Below, one piece after another: positions 20,436-30,163 of a stretch of DNA of 64,000 nt (within the stretch, counting starts at the first letter, position 1; every line of letters starts with the position of its first letter). The translations under genes and the position numbers were made by a program. The notes under the pieces are model-generated. The model was not told the DNA's origin. It saw only the letters and a program-made list of their open reading frames with translations, and made no database searches. This DNA comes from Patescibacteria group bacterium (GTDB lineage: Bacteria; Patescibacteriota; Microgenomatia; UBA1400; PJMF01), in the NCBI GenBank assembly GCA_052035325.1, contig JBPOHR010000006.1, positions 3,083 to 67,082 of the forward strand, written 5' to 3'.

Positions 20436-20915
20436 ATGCAACAAAGCCTTGTAGCAAAACTACCACTAAAACCTGACACTACATGCATTGTTTCTGATTT
20501 TGTTTCGATTTCAGTGATTCGGCTAGCTAGCTTAATTACGCAACATGCAGACATACTGCTTCGAAAAAACTGCGATCTCACTCACGCGCAGTTCGCAGTG
20601 TTGATGATTTTGCAATGCGCTGGCTCTTCATCGCAAACACATATCGCCCAGCAACTCAAATTGACTACAGCAGCGGTGAGTAGATTGACCGATATTCTTG
20701 AGGGAAAACAACTCCTTAAACGTAGTTTTAACCCGCAAAACCGCCGTGAGAATATTCTTAAACTAACCAAAATAGGGCAACAACGTGTGATCAAAGCAAT
20801 TAAACTGATCAAACATGCAGAACACGACTTATTTGGCAGTCACCCCGACAATTCCATCTTCTTTGACAGAGTTGCTAATCTAGCGGCACACCTACAGAAA
20901 CACATTACAGTTTAA
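20436..20915 (+). CDS. MarR-family transcriptional regulator
   Basis: 159 aa with a winged-HTH MarR pattern. Divergent from the MFP/RND operon. Confidence 0.8.
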   Translation: MQQSLVAKLPLKPDTTCIVSDFVSISVIRLASLITQHADILLRKNCDLTHAQFAVLMILQCAGSSSQTHIAQQLKLTTAAVSRLTDILEGKQLLKRSFNPQNRRENILKLTKIGQQRVIKAIKLIKHAEHDLFGSHPDNSIFFDRVANLAAHLQKHITV

Positions 20916-21435
20916 GCAAATAGCGATTCTTGGCAGGGTTATGTGGTTCTGTTGAAACAGTATCTTGTAACTGACCGCCATTGGCCTGAATTATCTTGTT
21001 TGAAGGACCATTGGTCACATCACACGTCATTAACACGTTCTCTAACCCTAGCTCACGGGCTTTTTCCAGACCTAGTTGCAAAATGAGCTTGCCATAACCC
21101 TTTCCCCTTTGTGTTGGTCGAATGTCATAACCAATATGACCTCCCACTCGCTTGAGCCATCCACTTCGATCATTCAGATGGTGTCGGATATCGAGACGAC
21201 CGAGGTATTCATCACCGTCTGTCAACCAAAATACGGTATGTGGCACAAATCCAGGCGGCAGATATGCTCCTTCTGCTTCAAGTTTTAAGGTGTTTACGTA
21301 GTCATTAAAATGTTCCTCCAACCATTCTTCTGATAATTGTTCATAATTTGGTAAATGCTCCGCATGGTACTCACGTAGAGCAATCAGAAAACTAGTTTTG
21401 AACCGTTGATCGGGAAGTGATAAATAGGGAATCAT
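20905..21435 (-). CDS. GNAT-family N-acetyltransferase
   Basis: Acetyl-CoA binding motif (...RPTQRGKGYGKLIL...). Confidence 0.75.
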   Translation of the reverse strand: MIPYLSLPDQRFKTSFLIALREYHAEHLPNYEQLSEEWLEEHFNDYVNTLKLEAEGAYLPPGFVPHTVFWLTDGDEYLGRLDIRHHLNDRSGWLKRVGGHIGYDIRPTQRGKGYGKLILQLGLEKARELGLENVLMTCDVTNGPSNKIIQANGGQLQDTVSTEPHNPAKNRYLLKL

Positions 21436-21473
21436 ACTCCCAGACTAACACCTCAAAATGCTATTATCAATTG

Positions 21474-23165
21474 ATGCATTTTCGCTGGCCGTTGCTTGGA
21501 ATGGTTCTGTTAGCCTGTTACTTGAGTATTGCCTCTCGGGCGTACGCACTTGAAACGCAGTATGTCGTCATCAATTTTTCAACTATCAATGAGGAACCAT
21601 GGGCAGCCCCGGAACCTGAGTGGCAATCTACAATCAAACCTCGTATTATCGCCGAGCTAAACGAGCTCATTGATACCTTGCCTGCTGGTACTGACCAACG
21701 TCAATTAGCTTGGAGTACTCTACTTGAGTACATGAACTTTCCCCTAGACACACCTTCCGAAAACTCTGTGTATGTCATTAAGGTCCACCGGATTTTTGAA
21801 ATTGCCCGTGAAGTCAACCTTCCTGTTTTTTTGCCTTTGAATGGTTTCCAATGGTGGGATGAACTACCTGAGTTATATAACTGGTGGGATCCTGATGGTA
21901 CACATACTGATCCTCAGTTTTTTGCTCGACAAGATAATCCAGAAGACTTCAAACGTCGATTTGTTGCCGGCTACCATCCTGAAAACAAGTGGAATGTCGA
22001 GTGGCAAGACCACCAGACACCAATGCAACTTAACTACCGCAATTGGGGTGGGGGAGGCTTTAGACTTGCACCACCCCCCAACTTGATGTGGTCATCACAC
22101 CAGGCACCACTTCAGTATCGACGCGTGTTATATGAACGCTTGCACGCAATTTTGACGGCCATTCAAGCTGAACGAATCAAGCTGACTACTGAAAATCGAT
22201 CAGCATTGTTTGTGGGTATTAGTCTGGGTACAGAAATTTCATTAAACGCTTCAGTTACCCCTGAAGACGAATTTATGCCCTACGGTTACCGCGCCTTAAG
22301 TGATTATCTATGCCCAGGAACCTGTATCACTTCACCAACACTGCAAACAAAAACCACCCAAGAACTGCATACCTTGCGAGGCGAGGTTGTAAATCGCTAT
22401 CTCACAGAACTATCCGAACAAGCCATCCGAAGTGGTTTGCCTAAATATACTATATATACACATGTCTGGGGTGAAGCTCTACCTGCTGATCCTAAATACA
22501 GTGAATATGCTGCCTCTGCAGTTAATCCCTACGCTAGACCTGGGATAAGTTTATATGGTTTTGCAGAAAAACCTTGGGAAAGCGAACCTTGGTATCATGC
22601 GCTACAAAGCACTGGTTGGCCAACTTGGGGCGCAGTGGAAACTTCAATTCCCAATAACTCTTCTGCAGGTAATATAGGACTTGGTTTACTCGATGCTAAA
22701 CCAGACTTTCCACCACCACACATTATCGTACTCTACAACTGGAGTGAACATCGCAACACCGCAGCAATACCTGTATTGCAGTCTGCACTGCATCAGGCTC
22801 CGCCAATCCACTGCACGCTCAGTCGCATTCAACCCGTTCAGTTGGTCACCCAAAATACAACCTTGGAATGGGAATGGCTTGACCCTGAATCAATTTCAAA
22901 CAATCAATCCATCAAGGTTGAAATCTGGAAAGGACCAACCCCTGAAAATAAGCCGTTTACTACCCTAACAGTACCGACATCAATCAATACCGCGCATCTA
23001 CCTCAGAATATGTCACCAGGTCTGTACACATGGCAAATCAAGACAGCAGGATGTGAATCGCACGTGAGCAGCAGCCCTCCTGCTTGGCTCGTCATCCCAC
23101 ATCATCAAGCTAGTGATCTAGTAGCTACCCAATCCGCTGTTCTCAAGTGGTTGATGGCACATTAG
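21474..23165 (+). CDS. secreted hypothetical protein (about 560 aa)
   Basis: Signal peptide MHFRWPLLGMVLLACYLSIASRAYA (internal start at 21474). Large Trp-rich domain, no recognised motif. Confidence 0.55.
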   Translation: MHFRWPLLGMVLLACYLSIASRAYALETQYVVINFSTINEEPWAAPEPEWQSTIKPRIIAELNELIDTLPAGTDQRQLAWSTLLEYMNFPLDTPSENSVYVIKVHRIFEIAREVNLPVFLPLNGFQWWDELPELYNWWDPDGTHTDPQFFARQDNPEDFKRRFVAGYHPENKWNVEWQDHQTPMQLNYRNWGGGGFRLAPPPNLMWSSHQAPLQYRRVLYERLHAILTAIQAERIKLTTENRSALFVGISLGTEISLNASVTPEDEFMPYGYRALSDYLCPGTCITSPTLQTKTTQELHTLRGEVVNRYLTELSEQAIRSGLPKYTIYTHVWGEALPADPKYSEYAASAVNPYARPGISLYGFAEKPWESEPWYHALQSTGWPTWGAVETSIPNNSSAGNIGLGLLDAKPDFPPPHIIVLYNWSEHRNTAAIPVLQSALHQAPPIHCTLSRIQPVQLVTQNTTLEWEWLDPESISNNQSIKVEIWKGPTPENKPFTTLTVPTSINTAHLPQNMSPGLYTWQIKTAGCESHVSSSPPAWLVIPHHQASDLVATQSAVLKWLMAH

Positions 23166-23216
23166 ACAAGTGAAAATATTCACTTAAGTCAATTCCGTAG
23201 AAAAAAAACGACGAAC

Positions 23217-23783
23217 CTAATCGTTCGATCGAGACATGTACTGACCGTTTTCAGTATCAATCACTAACACATCCCCAACCTTCGTAAAGATAGGTGCTTG
23301 CACTACCATACCTGTCTCAACAGTGACAGGTTTTTTGGGTGCGTTGACGCGATTTCCTGCTACTGCATCTTCCGCATAGGTCACTTTCAATTTAACTGTC
23401 GGTGGAAAACGTACCCCAATAGCTTTTTCTTCAAAGAAAATGACATACATCGTAATGTCTGTTGTCAAAAAACCAAGTTTTCCCTCGAGTAAATCTGCAT
23501 CAATGGATACCTGTTCAAAGGTACGAGGATCCATAAACACTACCTCTTCGCCGTCAGTGTATGAGAACTGCATTTCGCGACTGCTGACATCAAGTTCCTC
23601 GACACTTTCACTCGATTTAAATGTGAACTCTTGCACTGCTCCAGTGCGGACGTTTTTTAATTTTGAGCGAGTAAATGCCGAACCTTTTCCTGGACTGACA
23701 AATTCTGTCTTAGTCACTAAATGAGGTTGATTCTTGAATAGAATATATGAACCCTTGCGAATGTTGCCACCATTAATTGTCAT
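23217..23783 (-). CDS. efp: translation elongation factor P
   Basis: 188 aa; the KOW-like N-terminal domain carries the conserved SPGKGSAF loop, whose lysine is the site of beta-lysylation. Confidence 0.9.
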   Translation of the reverse strand: MTINGGNIRKGSYILFKNQPHLVTKTEFVSPGKGSAFTRSKLKNVRTGAVQEFTFKSSESVEELDVSSREMQFSYTDGEEVVFMDPRTFEQVSIDADLLEGKLGFLTTDITMYVIFFEEKAIGVRFPPTVKLKVTYAEDAVAGNRVNAPKKPVTVETGMVVQAPIFTKVGDVLVIDTENGQYMSRSND

Positions 23784-23869
23784 AATAAACTCAGCCTTAA
23801 ATGCTACGTGAAGACTGAATTATAATCCAAGCACATCATAAATGAAAGCTCAGCGGCCTAACTAGCACA

Positions 23870-24937
23870 TTAACTCTGGACATCAAACACATCACGGACT
23901 GGGAAAAACATCGTGTCATGAATCGTCGGCGTATCAGCCAGCAACATGATTAAGCGATCAACTCCTACAGCAATGCCGCCAGTTTTTGGCATACCACTTT
24001 TCAGAGCATCGATAAAGTCTTCGTCGAGTTCATACTCTTTTCGGCCCATTGTTTTGCGCAACTTAAGATCAGCTCGTAATCGAGCTTCTTGCTCAGTTGC
24101 GTCAGTCAATTCCGAAAAAGCATTTCCTAGTTCGATACCGGCAATGTAGAACTCAAAGCGCTCAGCAAAGCGAGGATCGCTGACTTTTCTTTGAGAAAGA
24201 GCAGCTTGTGAAACAGGATAATCATACAAAATCAATGGCTGACGCATTTCAAAAAAGTGAGGTTCAATTTCGTTGAGCAACAACTGGTTGTAGGCTTCCT
24301 CCCAAGTTGTTTCGGTTGTAATTGTGTAGTTTCGCCGAGCGCATTCCGCCAACAAAGCATCACGATCCAAGAGTTCATCCGCGGTTATACCAACAAATTT
24401 CTGAAACGCCTCCGCTACTGACAAACGTGGCCATGGGGCAGTCAAGTCATAGGTTTTACCTTGGTGAGTCAGCAGTGGTCGAGCATCTTTTGGTTGGTCT
24501 TTTCCTTGTGTCGCATGCCACAATTCAAGCAATAAGTTCTCGCAATCAGTCATCACATCGGTGTAGTCGGCATTGGTCCGATACCATTCCAAAATCAAAA
24601 ACTCAGGATTATGGCGTGAACTTAAACCTTCTGTATTACGAAAGCTTTTTGTCAGCTGAAAAATATCCCCAATACCCGCAGCCAGCAATTTTTTCATGGC
24701 ATACTCAGGACTAGTAATAAGAAAGCCCGTCTTGGTAATGCCTTCAGCAGTTTTGAGAGTTGTATCAAAAAATTCTAGATAGGTTTCCGTGCTTGGTCGT
24801 TCTACCATAATTGGAGTCTCAACCTCATGAAAATGAGACTTTTTGAAAAAAGATCGAATCGTGTCAACTACCGTTTCACGAATGAAGTATTGAGGTAAAA
24901 GTGAGGGGTTTTGTTTGATTTTTTGCCAGGTTTTCAT
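23870..24937 (-). CDS. epmA: EF-P--(R)-beta-lysine ligase (truncated class II LysRS paralog, EpmA/GenX/PoxA)
   Basis: Class II aaRS core (FRNTEG; motif 3 GGIAVGVDRLIMLL) with no anticodon-binding domain, immediately adjacent to efp. Confidence 0.8.
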   Translation of the reverse strand: MKTWQKIKQNPSLLPQYFIRETVVDTIRSFFKKSHFHEVETPIMVERPSTETYLEFFDTTLKTAEGITKTGFLITSPEYAMKKLLAAGIGDIFQLTKSFRNTEGLSSRHNPEFLILEWYRTNADYTDVMTDCENLLLELWHATQGKDQPKDARPLLTHQGKTYDLTAPWPRLSVAEAFQKFVGITADELLDRDALLAECARRNYTITTETTWEEAYNQLLLNEIEPHFFEMRQPLILYDYPVSQAALSQRKVSDPRFAERFEFYIAGIELGNAFSELTDATEQEARLRADLKLRKTMGRKEYELDEDFIDALKSGMPKTGGIAVGVDRLIMLLADTPTIHDTMFFPVRDVFDVQS

Positions 24938-24979
24938 TGCGAAATTATACCTTTAATCCTCGAAAAAATGTTACTATGA

Positions 24980-25969
24980 ATGTGGATGTCAAAAATATGG
25001 TTCAGGTTACTAGTGGCGACACTGGTTATAACAGTGGGTATTCTAGTAGCACTTCCTCATATCGGACAAACTGCTGTCACCACGTTACGTCCCACTTCGA
25101 CAGAACCAAGTACTACGACGCTGCTGGTTACTGGCGATGTGCTGACTGCTCGCAGTGTCAATACGATCGCTACCCGTCAACAAGACTTCACTTGGCCTTT
25201 TGCCAAAACGGCAGATCAGCTTCGGGCTGCGGACATCACCTTTATTAACCTTGAAACACCATTGATTGAAAACTGTCCATTGACTGATTCAGGGATGATT
25301 TTTTGTGGTGATCTTCGCCACGTCGAAGGTCTGACCTTTGCCGGCATTGATGTTGTCAACCTTGCCAATAATCACATGGGAAATCATGGTCTAGGTGGTG
25401 TCAACCAAACCGTTGCCGCACTCAATCAGGCGGGATTAAAAGTCACCGGCATCGATGGACCTACATACGTCAAACATGGCACGACAACTTTTGCATTTTT
25501 GGGATTCAACGAAGTAGATCGACAGGTTGGAGTGGCGGCAGCTGATGATGATCATATTGTTGTCCAGCTAGCAGAAGCTCGTCAACGCGCCGACGTCGTG
25601 GTGATTCAGTTTCACTGGGGAGCAGAATATCGGCGCGAACCCACTACCAACCAAGTGCGATTAGCTCATCTAGCAATCGACAACGGAGCAGACCTAGTGG
25701 TAGGCAATCACCCACATTGGTGGCAGCCATCGGAAATCTATAAGGGTAAAACGATTTCATACAGCATGGGTAATTTTATTTTCGATCAAATGTGGTCGGA
25801 AGAGACGCGAGAAGGATTGGTTGGACTGTACACATTTGAAGGCAACAATTTGATTAAAACGCAAATGTTGCCTATCAAAATTGATAACTATGGTCAGCCT
25901 CGTTGGTTGGAAGGAGAAGAAAAGGAACGAGTGCTGAAGGAGTACAACGACGCCCTACGGAATTCTTAG
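24980..25969 (+). CDS. CapA/PGA_cap family metallophosphatase-like protein
   Basis: Signal-anchor; ...VNLETPL..., ...VNLANNHMGNHG... and GNHPHW motifs of the CapA family. Confidence 0.75.
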   Translation: MWMSKIWFRLLVATLVITVGILVALPHIGQTAVTTLRPTSTEPSTTTLLVTGDVLTARSVNTIATRQQDFTWPFAKTADQLRAADITFINLETPLIENCPLTDSGMIFCGDLRHVEGLTFAGIDVVNLANNHMGNHGLGGVNQTVAALNQAGLKVTGIDGPTYVKHGTTTFAFLGFNEVDRQVGVAAADDDHIVVQLAEARQRADVVVIQFHWGAEYRREPTTNQVRLAHLAIDNGADLVVGNHPHWWQPSEIYKGKTISYSMGNFIFDQMWSEETREGLVGLYTFEGNNLIKTQMLPIKIDNYGQPRWLEGEEKERVLKEYNDALRNS

Positions 25970-27789
25970 ACCACCTTCAAGTTTTTCTTGCGCAAACGCA
26001 AGTTCTTCGGTGTGACTTCCAGAAATTCGTCGGCTGCTAAGAAGGTCAACAGCACTTCAAGTGACATCACCACCGGTGGAGCAAGTTTGATCAATTGATC
26101 GGCACTGGCTGCACGCACATTGGTTTGTTTCTTGCCACGCACCACGTTCATTACGATATCTTCTTGTTTCATGTTTTGGCCGACAATCATTCCCATATAG
26201 ACTTCGGTGCCCGGTTCAATAAAGGTCACGCCTCGTTCTTGCAATTTTTCGAGGGCATACGAAGTGGACTGACCACCTTCACTGGCGATCAACACACCGT
26301 TGCGCTGCCACGGTAATTCTTCACCCTTTGGCTTGTAACCCATAAACAGAGTATTCACCACGCCCATTCCAGAAGTAAGGGTCTGGAATTGACTGCGAAA
26401 ACCGATCAAAGACCGAGTAGGCAACTCAAAGTCAAAACGCATACCTGTCTTAAGTGGCTTCATGTGTTTGAAAATTGCTTTGCGAATACCCATTTCAGTG
26501 GTCACGACACCAACAAATTGTTCAGGCACTTCGATGGTAACTTGTTCCCATGGTTCTTGCATGTGTCCATCAATTTCTTTGAAAATAACTTCGGGACGAC
26601 CAACGGAGAACTCAAAACCTTCGCGACGCATTGTTTCAATCAATATTGATAAATGGAGTTCACCGCGACCAGAAATGATAAAACTTTCCGGTGAGAGGCC
26701 AGGTTGGACACGCAGACCAACGTTGGTTTCTAGTTCTTTTTGCAAGCGTTGACTGATCTGACGTGACGTGGTGAACTCACCGTCCTTGCCCACAAATGGA
26801 GACGTTGATACCGCAAATTGTATCTGGACAGTTGGTTCAGAAATGGCGAGGGGAGGAAGTGCTTCTTCCTGACCAAGTGTGGTCAGGGTATCACCCATCT
26901 TGGCATCAAATCCTGTGAGTGCCACAATATCGCCGGCTTGAACTACTTCGACCGGCAATTTCCCTAAACCTTTGTACGTAAATAAATGCTCTATGCGTGA
27001 CTGACCAATTTTTCCTTCTTCACCTCGGACGATAGCAAGTGCTTCGCCAGCTCGTGCTTGGCCACGACGGACGCGACCGATTACATAGCGACCTTTGTAC
27101 CCATCGGCATCAAGACTCGTCACCTGCATCTGGAAGCCACCGTCCGCGCTCCCCACTGGAGCAGGCACCTCTTTGATAATCGCTTCAAATAATGGCTGGA
27201 GACTGGTACTATTTTTGATCGTCATGGAGTTATCAGTATTTGTTTCCAACTCTGTACCAGCTATACCTTCGCGACCAATGGCATAAATAATCGGGAACTC
27301 TAGCTGCGATTCATCCTCAGCCAAATCCAAAAATAAATCAGCAATTTCAGAAGATACCTCACTAATGCGTTGATCTTTACGATCCACTTTATTGATCACG
27401 ACAATTGGACGCAGATGTGCACGTAGTGCCAGACTCAACACGTAGCGTGTCTGTGACAACACACCTTCAGAGGCATCTACCAACAATAAACATCCATCAG
27501 CCATGTTCATCACCCGTTCTACTTCACCACTGAAATCAGAGTGACCCGGCGTATCCAAAATGTTAATTTTGTAGTCGCCCCACATCACCGCGGTATTTTT
27601 GGCCAAGATGGTCACCCCGCGCTCGCGCTCGAGATCATTGGAATCCAAAATAGTGGTTTGTTGCATTTCCGATTGATAGTCAGCAAAAACGTGAGCTTGT
27701 TTGAGCAGTCCATCGACGAGAGTAGTTTTACCGTGGTCCACGTGAGCAATAATGGCAATATTACGGATTTTGGCAGGATCAAAAAGCAT
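25966..27789 (-). CDS. typA: translational GTPase TypA/BipA
   Basis: 607 aa with G1 AHVDHGKTT, DTPGH, NKVD motifs, then EF-G-like domains and a BipA C-terminal domain. Confidence 0.9.
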   Translation of the reverse strand: MLFDPAKIRNIAIIAHVDHGKTTLVDGLLKQAHVFADYQSEMQQTTILDSNDLERERGVTILAKNTAVMWGDYKINILDTPGHSDFSGEVERVMNMADGCLLLVDASEGVLSQTRYVLSLALRAHLRPIVVINKVDRKDQRISEVSSEIADLFLDLAEDESQLEFPIIYAIGREGIAGTELETNTDNSMTIKNSTSLQPLFEAIIKEVPAPVGSADGGFQMQVTSLDADGYKGRYVIGRVRRGQARAGEALAIVRGEEGKIGQSRIEHLFTYKGLGKLPVEVVQAGDIVALTGFDAKMGDTLTTLGQEEALPPLAISEPTVQIQFAVSTSPFVGKDGEFTTSRQISQRLQKELETNVGLRVQPGLSPESFIISGRGELHLSILIETMRREGFEFSVGRPEVIFKEIDGHMQEPWEQVTIEVPEQFVGVVTTEMGIRKAIFKHMKPLKTGMRFDFELPTRSLIGFRSQFQTLTSGMGVVNTLFMGYKPKGEELPWQRNGVLIASEGGQSTSYALEKLQERGVTFIEPGTEVYMGMIVGQNMKQEDIVMNVVRGKKQTNVRAASADQLIKLAPPVVMSLEVLLTFLAADEFLEVTPKNLRLRKKNLKVV

Positions 27790-27902
27790 TCCGGTATTGT
27801 ACCAGATCTGGAGATAAGTAGCTAGGGTGAGTTACTTACATGAAAACAGCAATTCTGCGTTTGTCAGCGTTTTGTCAGCTTGTGCTGTCACACTATGGCT
27901 AT

Positions 27903-28583
27903 ATGAAACTTGCTGACATGCCACGCCACACTCGTCCTCGCGAAAAGCTCGCCACACTAGGCGCCCAAAATCTTCGTGAAGCTGAGCTTTTGGCAATCTT
28001 GCTGAGAACTGGATATCGCGGCAAAAACGCCGTTGAACTTGCCGAGCGAATTCTACGTCGGTACCCCCTTGTTGACTTACTAGGTTTGCCACTTGCCACG
28101 CTAACCAGCATCAAAGGTATCGGTCCATCCCGAGCTGCCATGCTGCAAGCGGTCTCGGAACTGGCGCTATTGATCTTAGGAAAAAAGACGCCCCGGATTT
28201 CCTGTCCAGATGACGCGGTGGCAATGCTGCAACACCTCAAGCATCGCAAACAAGAATACTTAATTGGTATCTATCTTAACGCACGCCGAGAAGTGATTGC
28301 TCAAGAAACTATCACCATTGGAACGATTGATGCCAGCCTGATTCATCCTCGCGAAGTCTTTGCACCTGCCCTAAGCCATCGAGCAAGTTGCTTGGTAATT
28401 GCCCATAATCATCCCTCAGGAGACACCACGCCATCACTTGATGATGTTGAAGCAACTGAAAAATTAGTTGAAGCAGGAGAGATCTTGGATATACATATAC
28501 TTGATCATGTCATCATTGCAGATGACAGCTGGACGAGCTTGCGCCAACAACACGTCGTTGAATTTCGAGGATCAATCGAGTAG
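27903..28583 (+). CDS. radC: RadC-like JAB/MPN domain protein (UPF0758)
   Basis: HhH N-terminal region plus the JAMM motif HNHPSGDTTPSLDD. Start set at the internal ATG at 27903 (MKLADMPRHTRPREKL), the typical RadC N-terminus. Confidence 0.85.
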   Translation: MKLADMPRHTRPREKLATLGAQNLREAELLAILLRTGYRGKNAVELAERILRRYPLVDLLGLPLATLTSIKGIGPSRAAMLQAVSELALLILGKKTPRISCPDDAVAMLQHLKHRKQEYLIGIYLNARREVIAQETITIGTIDASLIHPREVFAPALSHRASCLVIAHNHPSGDTTPSLDDVEATEKLVEAGEILDIHILDHVIIADDSWTSLRQQHVVEFRGSIE

Positions 28584-28592
28584 GCTTGCTGT

Positions 28593-29462
28593 ATGCCAGG
28601 AGACAAATTTAGCGCTGTTTGGGTATCACATTCTTCGATGAGTGATTTTTTGAAGTGCCCACGGTCCTACTATCTAAAGAACGTCTATAAAGATCCAAAA
28701 ACCAATCACAAAATTGCGGTGATGTCGCCAGCGCTAGCCCTCGGGCAAGCAGTGCATGAAGTAGTAGAAAGCTTGTCCGTGCTACCCACCGACAATCGAT
28801 TCAAAGAATCGTTGATTGCTAAGTTTGAACGTGCCTGGCAGAAAGTCTCCGGTAAACGGGGAGGCTTCACCAGTGCTGATCAAGAAGCATCCTACAAAGC
28901 CCGTGGCGCTGATATGATTCGTCGAGTCATGGATCATCCGGGTCCAGTGGCCCGTCGAGCAGTGAAAATTAAAATGGACTTACCTCATTATTGGTTATCA
29001 GAAGAAGACAATATCATTCTATGTGGCAAAGTTGATTGGCTTGAATGGTTGCCAGACAAAGAAGCAGTCAGTATTGTTGACTTCAAAACTGGCAAAGCTG
29101 ATGAAGACAGTGAATCACTCCAACTCCCTATTTACCATCTCTTGGTCACAAATTGCCAACAATGGCCAGTAGACTCCGCCTATTACTGGTATCTTGATCG
29201 AGACAATGAGATGACGCCATGCAGTTTGCCAGATTTAGAAGAAGCCTATGAGCGAGTTATGGAAGTAGCCAAACAAGTTAAGTTGGCTCGCAAATTAGAT
29301 CTATTCAAATGTCCAAAAGGGGAGAGTGGCTGCTTTGCGTGCCGTGACTACGAAGCTGTGCTCCACGGTGATGCAGAGTTGATCGGGCAAGATGACATGC
29401 GACGTGACATCTACATCCTACCCGACCGAACTTCCACTGCTCCCGAGAGCGAAATTCTCTAG
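28593..29462 (+). CDS. Cas4-like PD-(D/E)XK nuclease with 4-Cys cluster (stand-alone)
   Basis: N-terminal Cys (KCPRSYY), RecB-like nuclease core, and a C-terminal CPKGESGCFAC triad, as in Cas4/AddB Fe-S nucleases. Lies 10 nt downstream of radC. Confidence 0.65.
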   Translation: MPGDKFSAVWVSHSSMSDFLKCPRSYYLKNVYKDPKTNHKIAVMSPALALGQAVHEVVESLSVLPTDNRFKESLIAKFERAWQKVSGKRGGFTSADQEASYKARGADMIRRVMDHPGPVARRAVKIKMDLPHYWLSEEDNIILCGKVDWLEWLPDKEAVSIVDFKTGKADEDSESLQLPIYHLLVTNCQQWPVDSAYYWYLDRDNEMTPCSLPDLEEAYERVMEVAKQVKLARKLDLFKCPKGESGCFACRDYEAVLHGDAELIGQDDMRRDIYILPDRTSTAPESEIL

Positions 29463-29485
29463 TTTTGCCATTTTGCGGCCAAAGC

Positions 29486-30049
29486 CTACTTCACTTCGAT
29501 TGCAATTTCTGACAACGGTCGACGTTGGCTGATTTCTTCTGTGACAATTTCGTCACTCGGTTTTCCTACCGCAACCATGGCCTCAACCGTGTATTCATCA
29601 GATAAACCAAGCACTTTTTTAGCTTTGACCCGATCGATCTGCATACCGTGGACCACCAAGTTGCGTCGTGAACCTTCTATCATCAAAGCTTCCATGGCCG
29701 CACCCGACACAAAACTATGGGCGTCATCTGGCTCACCGTTGTAATCAAAGGTGTTTTTTGATACGACTACCATCAACACGGCTGCGGTTGCTGTCCACTG
29801 CTGATTAAACTCCCCAAGTGTCGAAACTAATTTCTTAAATCCGTCTGTATCACGGTGCGCATAGTAAAAACGCCATGGTTGATTATTGTATGCAGATGGT
29901 GCCCACTGCGCAGCAGCAAAAAGTATCTCAAGTTCAGCTGAAGCAATATCTTCCCCAGTCATTTTGCGAGGCGACCATCGATAGATAAGTTCTGGTAAGA
30001 CATCATGGGTGTTCTGTCGCAGTTTTTTGGCTGCATCGTGAATGGTCAT
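29486..30049 (-). CDS. nitroreductase-family protein
   Basis: 187 aa with the nitroreductase fold signature (...AAQWAPSAYNNQPWRFY...). Confidence 0.75.
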   Translation of the reverse strand: MTIHDAAKKLRQNTHDVLPELIYRWSPRKMTGEDIASAELEILFAAAQWAPSAYNNQPWRFYYAHRDTDGFKKLVSTLGEFNQQWTATAAVLMVVVSKNTFDYNGEPDDAHSFVSGAAMEALMIEGSRRNLVVHGMQIDRVKAKKVLGLSDEYTVEAMVAVGKPSDEIVTEEISQRRPLSEIAIEVK

Positions 30050-30163
30050 GACTTCCTTTCTGTACTCCGTTTTTGACGTGAGCGACGAAAAAATCCGCGG
30101 GCAAATGCCGTGCGGTGACTATGGACAAGCCTAGTTAGCGCTGTCCAGCTATAATACTACGTC

